NCBI RefSeq assembly: GCF_964204865.1
Contig: NC_135264.1
Span: 1,240,001 to 1,304,000 of the forward strand
Direction: 5' to 3'
Length of the DNA stretch: 64,000 bases
DNA from: Styela clava
Lineage: Eukaryota
Under the pieces are notes generated by a model. It worked only from the letters and a program-made list of their open reading frames with translations, did no database searches and had not been told where the DNA came from. The translations under genes and the position numbers were made by a program. Positions 1-13,334 of the stretch are shown here, in pieces. The first letter of the stretch is position 1. Each line of letters begins with the position of its first letter.

Positions 1-1939
1 GCTCAGAGATCATTGTTCTATATTTTTGAGTGATGCGCGTAACTTTGCTTTCAGTAAATTTGCTTATACAAACACACACACTTTGCTCTGATTGCATATA
101 GAAGGAATGCACAAACTTCATGTGCGGCGAGCACCCTAATCATCATACACGAGTAGCAGACGTAAATTAACTCTTCGCTATATTTATCTCGGGAACTGAA
201 TGCCAAGCCCTGTATTATCCCTAAGATTAACAACTGAATAAAAAAAAATGTGGCTATGTACTGATTTATATTCTTCGAGTAAAGTTGTAAATTGATGATG
301 TTTTAGCCTTTCTTGATATAATTCGTACACTTTATCACAATTTTCACATTACTTGAATTTCGAATACAATTTATTGGAATGGTCGTGATCACAAATGTAC
401 TGATTGACTCGACATGGTTTGCAATACGCTAATCATTGTTATCAGATTTCCTATTTCCAGAGGTAAATAGTATCTTGTGCTACTATAATAGCAACCAGTC
501 GAACTTTACATATATTATTGCGATTTTGAGGAAAATCCATAACATGCACTGCGATTAATACTTCAGCCTTCTCCTCTTATGGAATTAGTTTGAAACGAGT
601 ACGCCAAAACCTGACAAAACTAGCACGTGGTGACTCAGTATTCTAAATTACCAAAATTATGTTGAAACCAATGCACCCATCGAAAATATTCATAACGGTC
701 GGTTGTAAAATAGCAAATATGCAATTTATATATATGTATTCCTATTTTATCGATTTGATCGACAACACGGGGTTATTTTCGCTGTACTTGGGCGACGGTA
801 ATATTTGGGCCACATTTTGCTGTCGCACAAATAGTTTGTACTTTATTTTCTTTAGGAGCAAAAAGTGTGAAACTTTTTGTGATTCTGGTTCTTGTCGACA
901 GTTTCTAGGCCCAGCTATCTATCTTGTAGTTGTTTTTGCTAAGTTGGGGCTACAAATATATATCATGATTTCTCTTTTTAGACCCGGTTATCTTTTGACA
1001 AGATTTTGAGGATTAACAGGAAATTTTTTTCGCTATCGTATTGTATTCCAATAATTCGCTGGAAACATGTCTGGAACTTGGAGTACTGTTATGGTAAATT
1101 TCACCCTAAATGTGCAAACTTGCAGACTGGACCTATTACGTCATATATAGTATGTATCTGCTTAGTCAGGAGCGATGAGAAGTCGGTTTTAGTTATCGAT
1201 TCAAATAAAGGATAAATTCAGTCGGATCTTGCTCGCCTTACCGTACTTGGTAAGGATTTCCCATAATTAATCGAATTGGTGGGGATATCACTTCAAGTGT
1301 GCAAAGTATCTCACTATCTAATTATGGCAGCCATGAGAATATATGGAGCAAACATAATAATCCTCTCCAGAGTGACAGAATAGAGTCTTTTCGTGATATT
1401 ATTAGGAGTGTTTATAGAGTTTCTTTTCAGGGTTTTGCTGATATATCAATTCAATGGACCATATATAAAAACTTCATTATGTTGTTTTGTTCTGCCAGCT
1501 AATATTTAGTAAGTTGCATATTAATAGTTTTATTTGAACTCCTGGATATGAATCACTGTTTGCCACAACTTGTGAATGAAGTTGCCAAAGTTCAATTCGT
1601 TACTTGAAAGTGAATATAATTTATTGAACAACTATCATAATGTCAAATATTCATTAGTTTCATAGACACCCGATTAGTTTTTGTTTTGAGCATTAAAGAT
1701 TAAGTTTTTCAAACCAATCAATTCTGTACATTCTAGCATTGCTCAATCAGAAAATTAACTAATAATACATATTACATATGATAACAATTTTTGATTTGGC
1801 AACATATTCCATATTCTTAACAACATGCTTGACTATTGCCGACTTTATTTATATTTTGCTTGAAAGCTAACAAAAAAGCGGCGACGTCGTCCCATAAACT
1901 GGTACCTATCTATATCGATAAATGAATATGAAACATTCA

Positions 1940-2169
1940 GTACTCCAGAAGTATGTGAACCAAGATGGCGGACACCGGAACATTGTATGTGTACAACGTT
2001 AGGGTTAGGCCATAATTTCAGGAACAAATACTACGGGACTCACTTGGGTATTCCCCGACCTTGTAATAGAACTAAGGAAAATTAGAATACAATTATGGCC
2101 TAATCCTAACCTGGTACACATCCTACGTACCGGTGTCCGCCATCTTGGTTCACATATTTCTGGAGCGCC
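1940..2169. mobile_element. MITE with long terminal inverted repeats
   Basis: CTCCAGAAGTATGTGAACCAAGATGGCGGACACCGG (1943-1978) is inverted at 2130-2165, and the imperfect IR extends to ~75 bp. Flanked by a direct repeat AAACATTCA (1931-1939 / 2170-2178). Confidence 0.88.
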
Positions 2170-5100
2170 AAACATTCATACCGGTACAATATTATATTTT
2201 CCCAAACCAAATCAACAAAATCATTTTTTTGCTGAAGATGCATTTTAGATCAAATAACGTTAGCGTGGTTTTCCTAATCGCAGATGTGGTGAATTACGAT
2301 GCTAACAAGAAAACAGACAAAAAACAAAGCGCTTTGCTTCCATTTTGAGGGTTTAATAAATGAAAGACGTTAAAGCGGTTCAATAAATGATTGAAGAAAT
2401 ATGTGCTTCATTGTACAGTATATAAGATAATTCGGAGTCATTCAAAAACATGTGGAAGGAAAGATGGTATTTGGAGAATGAAGAATTCGGTGAGGATAAA
2501 ACTAGTAAATATCGCAAGAAAAATCCTATGGTTGATCTGAAAAAAGAAGTTGTTCAGCAAATATCGGAAAAAAGACATATTGGCCAAATATCCGCAAACC
2601 GTTGGTATGATTGGAAAGTTATTTATCAGCCAAACCCCTCTTGTGCACTATAAAAGTTTATCTATTACCATTCATGAATATAAGTGATATAGCATTGTAA
2701 GCTGGCCTCTAAGTGAGTGTTGATTCTGAGTATGCCAACAAAACTACAATCAAAATCGGTGCGAGCCTGGTAAAATATGTTGGTGATCGACAAGGAATGT
2801 CTTTTTTTAACATCTGTATCTAATTCTCAAACTCAAAATTTATGTACCTATACATGTACCTTATGCTTTATGAGGAAGTGAATAAGCGATTGGTGTGAAA
2901 CTAAAAGTGGATGAGAAATAAATTTACTCTTACATTCTCTCTTAAAGATACTCAGGTTATTTTCTAATATGTAATATCGCCCCTCTTTTCTAAGTTTCTG
3001 ATAATGCATCTTTCAATTGGTTTTTAAATTCTTTAAAATTTCGGCACGAAACACGCGCACCAATTTTTGATCTACATATTGATTTTCCCTTATCTTAAAA
3101 ATGAAACTGGATTCTGAAACCATGCCCATTTTGGCAAATGAATATAGGTTATTTTTATTCATTTTGTAAAAATTGTTCAAAATACCTTCATAACGTTTCT
3201 GGACTTTGAATCGCTGACAACGAAATACTAGAAAAAGTGTGGTGCGTGATATATAGCGGTCATCGTGATATTTATTCTTGATTACTGTGTACTTTTACCA
3301 GGATTTTTCCGCATTGTTGTAAACACATAATATTAATTACATTAACTGGCGTAACTATTTTCCGACTATTAAATAAGCAAATCAGTTAATGGCCTATACA
3401 CTGTGGACTAATTTGGACGCATCCCACTCAGATATATATATTGCCTGAAATTGAAATTCAGATTAAAAAGATCTACTTAGCTCTTGAAATTTTTCTAACG
3501 AACTGGAACTCTGGCATATTTAAAAGCTCATGTTATTCTTTTAGCGACAGCATTCCTAATTAAACAAATGGGGTACAATTTGATGCTGAGACTTGTGGCA
3601 ACGCAGGAATTAGGACACGTCTATGTACGGAAAGTCTGAATTGCTCCTGACGATGCCGAGTTATTTCGTTTTCCACCCCCATTCCCTCTGTTCTCCTGTT
3701 TTAAATATATAATTATGCAACTTACGGTCATCAGAACACGAAATATTGCATTTATTAGGAAAAGTTTCTGGTAATGGTAAAAGTTTTCTGGAAATGGTAA
3801 CTATATTTGAAAGAATATATTTTATTTCAAAGAACGGGTAATTATTCAGGTGATGGTTCGATTTAATGGTGGGAGGTACCAAAATACAACGTGTAGTTTT
3901 AACTTGCTCATATAAATACTTTCAATTGTTAATACAATAAATTATCGCAAAACAACTTAATAATTATGGCGATTTCAAGACCCTCAACATCATGAATCGA
4001 TATTTTCTAGTTCTTTTGCCTAAAAGTGATGTAAAGCACGTGTAATGCACTTATTATAGACAAATACATTTGAATACAACAAAAAACGACATCGAACGCA
4101 CAAAATTGAGATAATCGATGAAACCCTATAGTAACTTCGATATGCGATAATTAGTTTTCTAACCCCATTTATTTGCGAATTTATTGCGTCTCTGAAATAC
4201 CAAGTGATTGGTATTGACATCATTGGTTTTCATCAAATATATCAAAAGTGATGGCCGAAAAAAACGATAAAAAAATAAATTTAAAATCCAATTTTTTCGA
4301 ATTTTATTGATGATAACATTTTTAGCTTTCTTATGTTGAAATATATCCGAATATACTAAAATTTTTTATCCAAATGCACTAGAACAAATTTTCCATTTTG
4401 GGGTCCGAGGTCATATAGGTAATTGAAACCACTCCCTTAAGATATAATTATAAAATTCTCACATCGACTAATGCAAAAAAAAAATTAAGTTTGACTGAAA
4501 ATTCGCTCATTTATATGAGTTTGAAGTTTAACTCACGACTTCGTAACTTTCAGCAATAAGTCATTTAACAGATAATCCAATTTATGAAATTATGGAAATT
4601 TTGTCATGTGGTATTCAAAACTCTACTATGAACAACTTTCAAAATATCGCTATTAGATCTCTTTTCAGGTTACACTTTGACCTCAATAAAATAGTCTATT
4701 CTATTTTTGAAATTGCAATTACTTCGCAAAATATAATTTTGTAGACGATGAGATTTTAGTTCTGAACAATTCCTGAACAATACTTTTTAGTATGTATACT
4801 GTCAATTTATTATTTTTCCATGTGTCTCATCTATTACGAGTATAAAAATAATTAAATGAGTAGTCTCATATTTTCATGTGCATGGTCTAATATCGTCTGT
4901 TACACGAGAAACTCATTTGTGATTAGGCAACCGAGAGCACTTCAGTTCGAAAGCGCAGTCGGAGTCAGATGTCGTTACGCACGACGAAACTTGATACGAA
5001 AGTATATTCGGGGTTTCGGGAACAAACGAACATTTTACAGGGAACTAATCCGTGCCAAACTTGGCAAGAAGGTCTGTCACGATGTCTACAAAACCCACAA

Positions 5101-7668
5101 AAGTGATCAGGCCAAAGGAAGAGGTTTATTTTTTGCAAAATCGGGGTTTTGGGTCTCGGATGCGAGTACCCGTCAATCTAGTCACACTCGAGTGATTTCA
5201 ATGTTTACAGGTCATTTAGCTCTGTTTCCGGGCAGAGCGTTTTGCAGACTATATTTTCACAAATATATTCAACGGGGTGGGCAGTGGCTTACAAGCAAAG
5301 CATTTAGGGGAAGCGTGAACGTTTTAAATGATGGACTATGATTAAATAGCCAGCTCGCGGTGTCGACCATATCCAATGATGTTCCTCATTCCCGCAAATA
5401 GGCTAAATAACGTAGTCCCTTGGAATTGGGCGACGACGATTGGGCACCAACTCCACTATATTTAAAACGAACTGTATTACTTGCGTGAAATTGTCATACC
5501 ATTTTTTATTGGAAACCGCTAAAAATAACGCTGTGAGTGGCTCACCATGTGCCACAGAAAACGAGTAGCCCAACTGCAGCAAAAATAACATGTGACCGAA
5601 ATGCAGCAAATAGATGTATGTATATATATATATACTACATAACAGGGCGTCATCAATTATATTTGTGAATTATATATATTTGTGAAGTCTGGTCAATAGT
5701 TAACCAGTTGCCCACCTGAATGAAATCCTCCAAAAGCACACAAAGTAGCCTACGCCACGATAAGTATATTATCACAAGATATTTCCAGCTCTTAAAATGA
5801 CGAACTGGACAGTGCGTGAAACATGTGTATATATGCATAATACGTCGCGGTTCTCTGAAGGCATAGTGTCCGCTGTGAATTACTACTCACTACTCACTAC
5901 TTTTATGGTATATATATATATATCACTGGAGCGTGATAAAGGTCTGCCTTTTATTGCAAAATTTATGTTTTATGTCTTCACCAAGGTTTTTTGTACTAAA
6001 TTATTGCAACGGTGCTAGGAGGACTGTTATTCTATTCTTTCTTATGTGTAGATTTTTAAATGATCAATTGTTAGTTTTATTCTACTGCATTCGAATAGAT
6101 TCCGCAAGCTGGAAGGAAAATCACTTGGAATGATCTTAGAGAAAAACAGCACACGCACTAAAGTATCAACAGAAATTGGAACGCACTTGTTAGGAGGACA
6201 TTCTTGCGTTATAACGTTATGAAGACGTTCAGGGCAGCAATAAAGCAGGGTCGGTAATTAATTAGAAGCAAGCTTTTAATTAGATTTTCTAGAGCAGGAT
6301 GGTCCAAAGTTGTCCGCTTCCGGGGCCACAAAATTATTTTTGCATTCTTCGGGGACCACAATAGTGCCAAGAATAGATAAACAGCGCAATACAGAACAAA
6401 CACTTCTCAATATTAGAATGAGTAAACATTGTTTGAATATGAATTGTCATTTCTGTTGAAAGCTACAATTTTAGGCATTTACCACGAATGACTAACTTTT
6501 AATTCATTTGTAATTGATACCTACATTTTAAGTAATTTACGTCAATGCGCTGAACTGCCCAGTAGTTCATTATTTCTTCACCATACTTAAAATATGCTAA
6601 ACAATCTTGTAGCTTTGGCAACGTAGGCCCGGATATGAGATAGCAAAATATGTGAGTGTTATCGGAAGAAGTAAACGACTAGTTTGAAGAGAAAGGTGTG
6701 AGAAAAGTGAGTGCACACGATGCACCTACCGTTGAATGGTTACGCCCTTTATTATCGACTTATAAAATGTAGAAATACTGTCTATATTAGTATTTATATA
6801 TATATACACATATATATATATATACCTTGATGGGGCGACTATAGTCGCGTGTTTCTAAATGTATTTTATCCAGCATGTAGTCGATATTTTTTTTTGTACA
6901 ACAACGTTCCACGCAATTGTCAAACCATGTAGTAAATCTAAATATCAATACCTTATAAGTAAATATATTCGCAAAATTGTAATTCATTAAAATATACATA
7001 CCGTTTTTTTCTATATGTCTTCAGCGTTTTACAATCTTTTATGATATAACGAGAATGCTATGAAAACGGGTGTTGTTAATTAACATGATAAACCAAGAAC
7101 AATAAAACTACTTTTAGACACATTGTTAATGGTCGCAATTAGTTGGTGAATGAAACCTATATAACCTAATCAACGTACACTGTAATTGCGATATAGATGA
7201 CCAGAACTCAATAAATCGGTACGATAGTAAAATGTATTAAATGTCAGTTTGTTAAGTGTATGAAAGTAAGATTCAGCAAAATTAAGAAGACGTCTCACCT
7301 ATTCGTAGCGTAGCCCGGTGACTGGTTGAGAAATGTGAGTCGCTTCTCTACGTTCCCGCTCAAATTGATTAGCGATATTACATATTCAATTACTGTAATT
7401 AAATAAGATAACGGTCTGCAATAAAGTTATGATTTATTAATCACATCGCATTCCCTAGCTTATCATGCGTCTCAGAGAAATTTGACCATATACTGCATGT
7501 TGATGATAATTTTACATGACCACAAACATTGCTGCATGATGTAAATTTGAGTTGTGGCATGCTTAATCAATAAATTACAATTCTTGAAATAGTTGGAGTT
7601 TGGGTATGTTGCTGCGTTTTCAACGTAGCGTTATCTTTGGGGGCGGCCTCCCTGATCGTATGCGATAA

Positions 7669-7758
7669 ATATGAGGGCGCTCACTGCGAATCGGGCAATT
7701 GGGGGACGCTGGCTTTCAGATCGAGCAATAGGGGGCGCTGGCAACAAATCGGGCAGTT
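7669..7758. repeat. Degenerate ~29-bp GC-rich tandem repeat
   Basis: ATCG(G/A)GCAAT..GGGGG(A)CGCTGGC unit, about 3 copies. Confidence 0.6.
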
Positions 7759-10700
7759 ACAAGAAATGTAATACCATGTGACATTTTTATTTACTCCAGT
7801 GATTTTGGTGTTGGGAATTTCTTGTTTTATTCAATCTATTATATTGTTTCGTTATATTTCAAGTGTAGCGCATTACATTATGGTTATTGACGTTTCAATC
7901 ACCATAGCCCTTCTATGTCACCGGCGTGTTTCGTTGTTCGAAGCGAATATTTAGGCATTATGGAAGCAGTTACCTATAATACGGCGTATTTCAGTCCAAA
8001 AGTCACATTTGCAACCGATGCGTTTGCTGTGTAATAAAACGTTTTTCAACGAAGCGATAAGCGTCTATATTTTAACAAAAATTTATCCGGGTGGAGCAGG
8101 CAAAAATGTTACATTTTTCAGACACTTTGTGACAATTTAAAATAGTAAAAACAAATTTATTCCAGAAAAGCGAATATGGTTTACTTGCAGGTGAGAAAAT
8201 CTAGCTGTCTAACATTGGCGACGAATTACCAAACCAGCAGTAAGGGAAGTTCTGGATACTGTTTTGCAATATAAGGCGTCGCCTTCCATTGAGTAATAAA
8301 GCAGTACAGAGACGAGTTTGTGAGATGGCTGCTGATAACGAAGAGGCTGAGCTGTTTAAGGAATACAGACTTTAGTCTTAAAATAAATGAGTTCACATTC
8401 TCAGGTAATTAGCCACTTCTACTCGAGTATGGAAGCGCAGTTATTACCATTTCATGGCGAACTGTGAGCGAACGAACTGTTGCGTCCTTAGCCATCGTCA
8501 TCTGTAAACCATGGCAAGTATATACCGCGGTATTGGCAAAGAGTATTGCCACGACAACGGCGGATTTGTCATGGTTTCAAGGCAGCTTCGGAATATATAT
8601 TCATCTGGTTTCGCCATGTACGCAGCATTTCTCGTGGTTTTGAACATGGACTAGATGGCAGATGAATACAGCTGTATCTAATTAGTATGATGTTACTTTG
8701 TGAACGCATGAATTACAGTTGTGAGCTGATAAGCCTGCATGTCGGCATCGTTTTTGCACAGAAAACGGGGCCCATTTCGCTACAGAAATATGGAATGGTC
8801 TGCTATGCTGATAAATTAGGCACCGTCACTAAAGTACTAATATATCGTGACGGTATCTGTTCTGCATTACCCACGAAATATACCTGATTTTCGCAAGTGA
8901 AGTTGTACTTCAGGTGGTGAATATAACAGGATGATGAACAGACTTTTTCATTGATACGTATCGGCATGACTATATTAGTTAGGCATTTGCAGTCTCAATA
9001 ATGTTTTTCCTCAATGTTTCTAAATGACAAACGGTATTCTTCGATTTTATAGGCGACTCTGAGCTTGTGTATTTATGCATGGTTACTGTTTTGATTTGAA
9101 GTACAATAGGAATTTGCTGTAGTTAGAAAGTGATGCAGCAGGTGTTGCCTCAAGTTCTGTGCTGAGGGTGTGACAGTAAGTGTAGAAAAACTGCGGACAT
9201 ACAATTGAATTTGCCGCAAAAGGTAGGGATTGACCTGGTCTCAAAACTTTAAATTTTAAAACTTTTCTTGTTTTTTTTTTTTTTTGTATATTTTGCTTAA
9301 TTAAATGTTTGCAAACACGCACCTTTCGTGCAACTTGTTATTCCCTTTTCTAGAATTTGTCGTTGGCTTCTTTTGAGGTTTCGTGTACATGGAAAAATTA
9401 TGAAAATAACATGACGTCCTTAGAAAAACATGATTGAATACATCCTTTCTGTAGTTTGTTGAAAATTATCTTGACAAAAATTTAAATGTAATGAATCTTC
9501 CGGTGTTCCAGGTATAATTAATTATAAGGTATAATAGAGTAAAGCTTTAGTAGATATGTTATCAATTTCAGTGTCCACAGTGGGGCGGGAATATCGGACA
9601 AGAGGCATTGTAGATACCAGCATGAATGAAAGAAAGGTAATACACGTTCTTTCATTCGCAATGGTTCGTAGTGACACAAAGTTAGATGAAATCGCCATCC
9701 AATTTAAAATGAGTGTCAAATACTAGATGAATTAAAAAAAGTCTTGTTAACGATTCAAATGTGGTGAAAAATGCCAATTGACCAAGCCAATATATAAAAG
9801 TCACTTAAAATCGCTCGGCAAAGTAAAGAAGATTTTATTCAATGAGGCCCAAACTACACTAATCAAATAGTAGTATTATGTATGGGTATTTGCCTCAAAA
9901 ATGTAACAGTATCTGCATAATAACTAAACAGTATGACAGAAGCAGGATACATGTTCAAGACGTTATTGGCCCAAGACACAGTTGTGCAACATGTACTTTT
10001 AATATTTGTATAATTGCCTCACAAAATGAATCAACACATGGAAATTACATACGCAGCATTATTTAACCCGCCACGGTTTCAATTTGCTGCCGCGGTACTC
10101 CACCTCGCGCCTTTATTAGTGGCATCAAAGCAGTTTTCCGCCAACATCAGGCATTCCAGCCATGGTATTGGGGCAACTTCAGGCGCCACAGAGTAGTAAT
10201 CTGCACTTGGAGGTATGTTTGTTTGGATAATGACGGGGCATAAAAACGCATATGCTCATTGGAGATTTTGATTTGAAGTGGCAGCTGACACCCCCAGAGA
10301 AAATAATCACAAGTTTCATTCACTTTTTTCATTTTCTTTCCGTAAAAGTCTCTAGTGAACTTCATTATGACGTTACCGCAAGCTTTGTTATTATTATTAA
10401 TCTTGTGGAAATATTAGGCGTCCCTACAGAAATGATGAGTTAAGACGCATAAATGTCTGAAGAAACTGCTATTCAAATTTATTATCAAACCGACTTTAAA
10501 AGAACTAAGTGTGAAATTTGCAGTTGGCTACTTTTTGCAAATTTGCTTTGATGGAAGTGTTCCAAGTGTTCGTCTGTCAGAACCAATCAATAAGGAAATT
10601 GATTTTAGGTCGCCCATTTTGAAAAAGATTTGTTCGCACAAATATTTAAGCAAAAAAGCACTCTTTTTGAAACCATGGTTTTTTTCGAATATGAAAGTTA

Positions 10701-11513
10701 TCTTGGTTGAGATCTTTCAAATCTGTCTCCTTTTGCAGACCAATCAGTTTTAATTGTATATATATATATTAGATAGTGCTTTGTAAACGTTTCTGTTGAA
10801 TGGCGAAGAGAATATATCAAACAAATGTTTAACAATAAATGTGTGATTTGAAGTCCTTGAAACACGCCAAAAATGCACACAAAAATTTGGGCCTGTTAAA
10901 GCTTTCTTGTTTTCAGGATCCATCAATCCAAAATTTGAACTTTTTGTTTCCTTGTGGGGGGCATTTGGCCCGCAGGTTGCGAACCCCCGATTTAAGGTAT
11001 CACGGGCCAAACGCTATTCAAATTTAAGTCCCTGAAAAATTCAACGAAATAAAAATTGAAACAAGGGCTTGTTTTAAATCAAACTTTTTCTGTAAATCTT
11101 TTTCTTTTTTCAATAAAATACCCCTCGCATCGCCGTGAAACTACACCAATACGTCGCGTTCTCACAGCTTCGCACGCTGCCGTAATCAAAAATGCGAGGA
11201 AAAACTCTTGCTTTGACTTTCACTTTTATCCAGTAACTTTATTGCTAAGTTACATCGAAGTCATACGATTTGAACAGGAATATTTATCCGAGATATCAGG
11301 AAGACGCTTTGAATAAAAAAATGCAAGAAAACTATGAAACACGGGCCTAGTACAACCTAATACAAATGCAGTTGGATCAGGGGCCGCTCACCATCTAAAT
11401 TTGGCAAAACAAGTGCGTTCATACAATTATGGAGAATATACTCAGATCGGCGGCAACTTACGTAGGTTCGAATCAGGACCGGATTTAGACGATGAGACAC
11501 CTTAGGCCGAGGG

Positions 11514-12411
11514 CAGGGTTCTTCAACTCAAAATATGTCCCTTTTTAAACTTTATTGACGACGCGGGCCAGAAACCAACAAACTAGGTACAAAATTGATA
11601 CACAAACAATACCAAAAGAAATTTGTATGTATTTTGTTGAAATTACATCTGAATCTTACACAAAACGAGACATGAAACATATTAATTTACTTGTGCTAGA
11701 TATTTGGCACCGTAATTTATGTAGCGGTGCTCGTCCGTTAGTCGTGTGCGGAGTAGGGCTGGGCATTTTCGAATACCTTGTGATTTCAGAATCGAATCGA
11801 ATAATTTTTTCGAATCGAATCGAATCTCGAATACTTGAAAATATATAATTGTAAGCGACTTTATTATAGTAATTGGTCCTCTCAACAAATGAATTACTGA
11901 AGACATAGAATGATTCACTCAGATAGATTACTGAGCGTTCACACAGAATAACAAACACGTTTTATCAATAACTCACTACAGAAAATAGTCATATGTTAGA
12001 ATTCCGTTGAAAAAATATGACTCAAATGAAAAAAAAATTGGGGAATTCACCTCGACCATTAGCGGAAAGATAAAAACAAGATGGCGGCGATTCGAAATTT
12101 AGCTCTGAACCGATTCGAATATTCGATTCGAAATGCCCAGCCCTAGTGCGGAGAAACCTTCTTCGGACACAATGATCTGACCGGAACTCGTTTATTTCGT
12201 CATAATAAAAATGCGACATGAAATTATTGAATTTGGTAAAGTGCAATAGCAATAGCATTTTTACAGTTTGTCGGACCGAACTCTTGATGTTGAATAACAC
12301 GATAAAACTTACTCCTAGTTGACATCGATCTATTTTAGTTTTTTTGTGGAAAAATCTCAACCATGACGCGGGCCTTGCGGGTCTCATGCGGCCGCGTGTT
12401 GGGGAGTCCTG
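11514..12411. mobile_element. Non-autonomous hAT (Charlie-like) element hosting a nested MITE
   Basis: Ends CAGGGTTCTTCAAC / GTTGGGGAGTCCTG, GCGGGCC subterminal motifs, 8-bp TSD GCCGAGGG/GCCTAGGG (7/8). Confidence 0.72.
11754..12145. mobile_element. hAT-type MITE (nested)
   Basis: TIR TAGGGCTGGGCATTT / AAATGCCCAGCCCTA, perfect 8-bp TSD GTGCGGAG, subterminal (TCGAA)n arrays at both ends. Confidence 0.92.
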
Positions 12412-13054
12412 GCCTAGGGCCTAGCTAAGACTATGCTAATTTTGAAGCCCCCTGTGTAACAATGTCTATTATACCGCCATAATGGGGATTTCGAGTGTAT
12501 GTATGGTGACATCACAAGTACAATATTAAATTGCGTGAATTACCAAACTTTGGCTAGTAGTTTTTAGTGAGATCTGACATAGTAAAAATTATATACTATA
12601 ATAATGCTTACATTCTTTGTTGATTAGATGAATTAATATACAAAGCTATATATATCAATATTTTTTTTATAAAATAAAGTCATTATTGCGGTAAAAACGG
12701 TTCAAATAATTTAAATTAGCATGCTTTGTCATTAAGGTGAAAAATTCATCAAATTTATACAAATTCGTTATTCGGCCGCATTTCTATTTTTTAATCTTTC
12801 AAATAGTGAATATTTGGTATTAATAACCTGAATAAAAATATGAGAACTTTAAATTTATAAACTGGCATTACAATTAAAAAACGATTTTAAATGAATAAAA
12901 CTTCAAGATTGATCGTCAAGGCTCTCGAAGTTTGAGGCTCCTAGGCTTTGTCTATACCTTGACTAATGGTATAATCGACTTTGGTTCGAATTCCATGAGT
13001 GATGTGACAATGTGCAAGAATATTGCTGGACTCCTCGCCCGTGACGTAATAACT

Positions 13055-13334
13055 CAGGGTGGTCCAAACCCAGGCCCGCGGGCCACATGTGGCCCGCCGC
13101 TTCATTATCTGTGGCCCGCGTCGCATTCGTAGAGGAATCAAAAATTGCATTTCTTGTTTTAAAATTAACCAAAAAATCTTTTGACATAATATTGCATCTC
13201 TAATGTCACTGAATTGACTGGTGTTATGGCTTACTGAGGCAACTATCGAAGTTAAATGAGCGAAGTTCTTGACACTATTGTGGCCCGCGAACAATGCAAA
13301 AGTAGTTTTGTGGCCCGCGGAGCTGCCAATCCTG
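13055..13334. mobile_element. hAT-type MITE
   Basis: CAGGGTGGTCCAA...GCCAATCCTG ends, repeated GTGGCCCGCG motifs, TSD TAATAACT/TAATAGCT (7/8). Confidence 0.8.

Noticed and set aside
4856-5341. 161-aa + strand ORF
   Set aside because: No recognisable motif, composition unlike the real exons, and no splice chain found.
8326-8404. ATGGCT... followed by CAG|gtaatt
   Set aside because: In-frame stop before the donor; at most a UTR exon, unsupported.
6290-11000. Isolated hAT-like ends (~6294-6360, ~10955-10990)
   Set aside because: Partner TIR and TSD not identified; fragments only.
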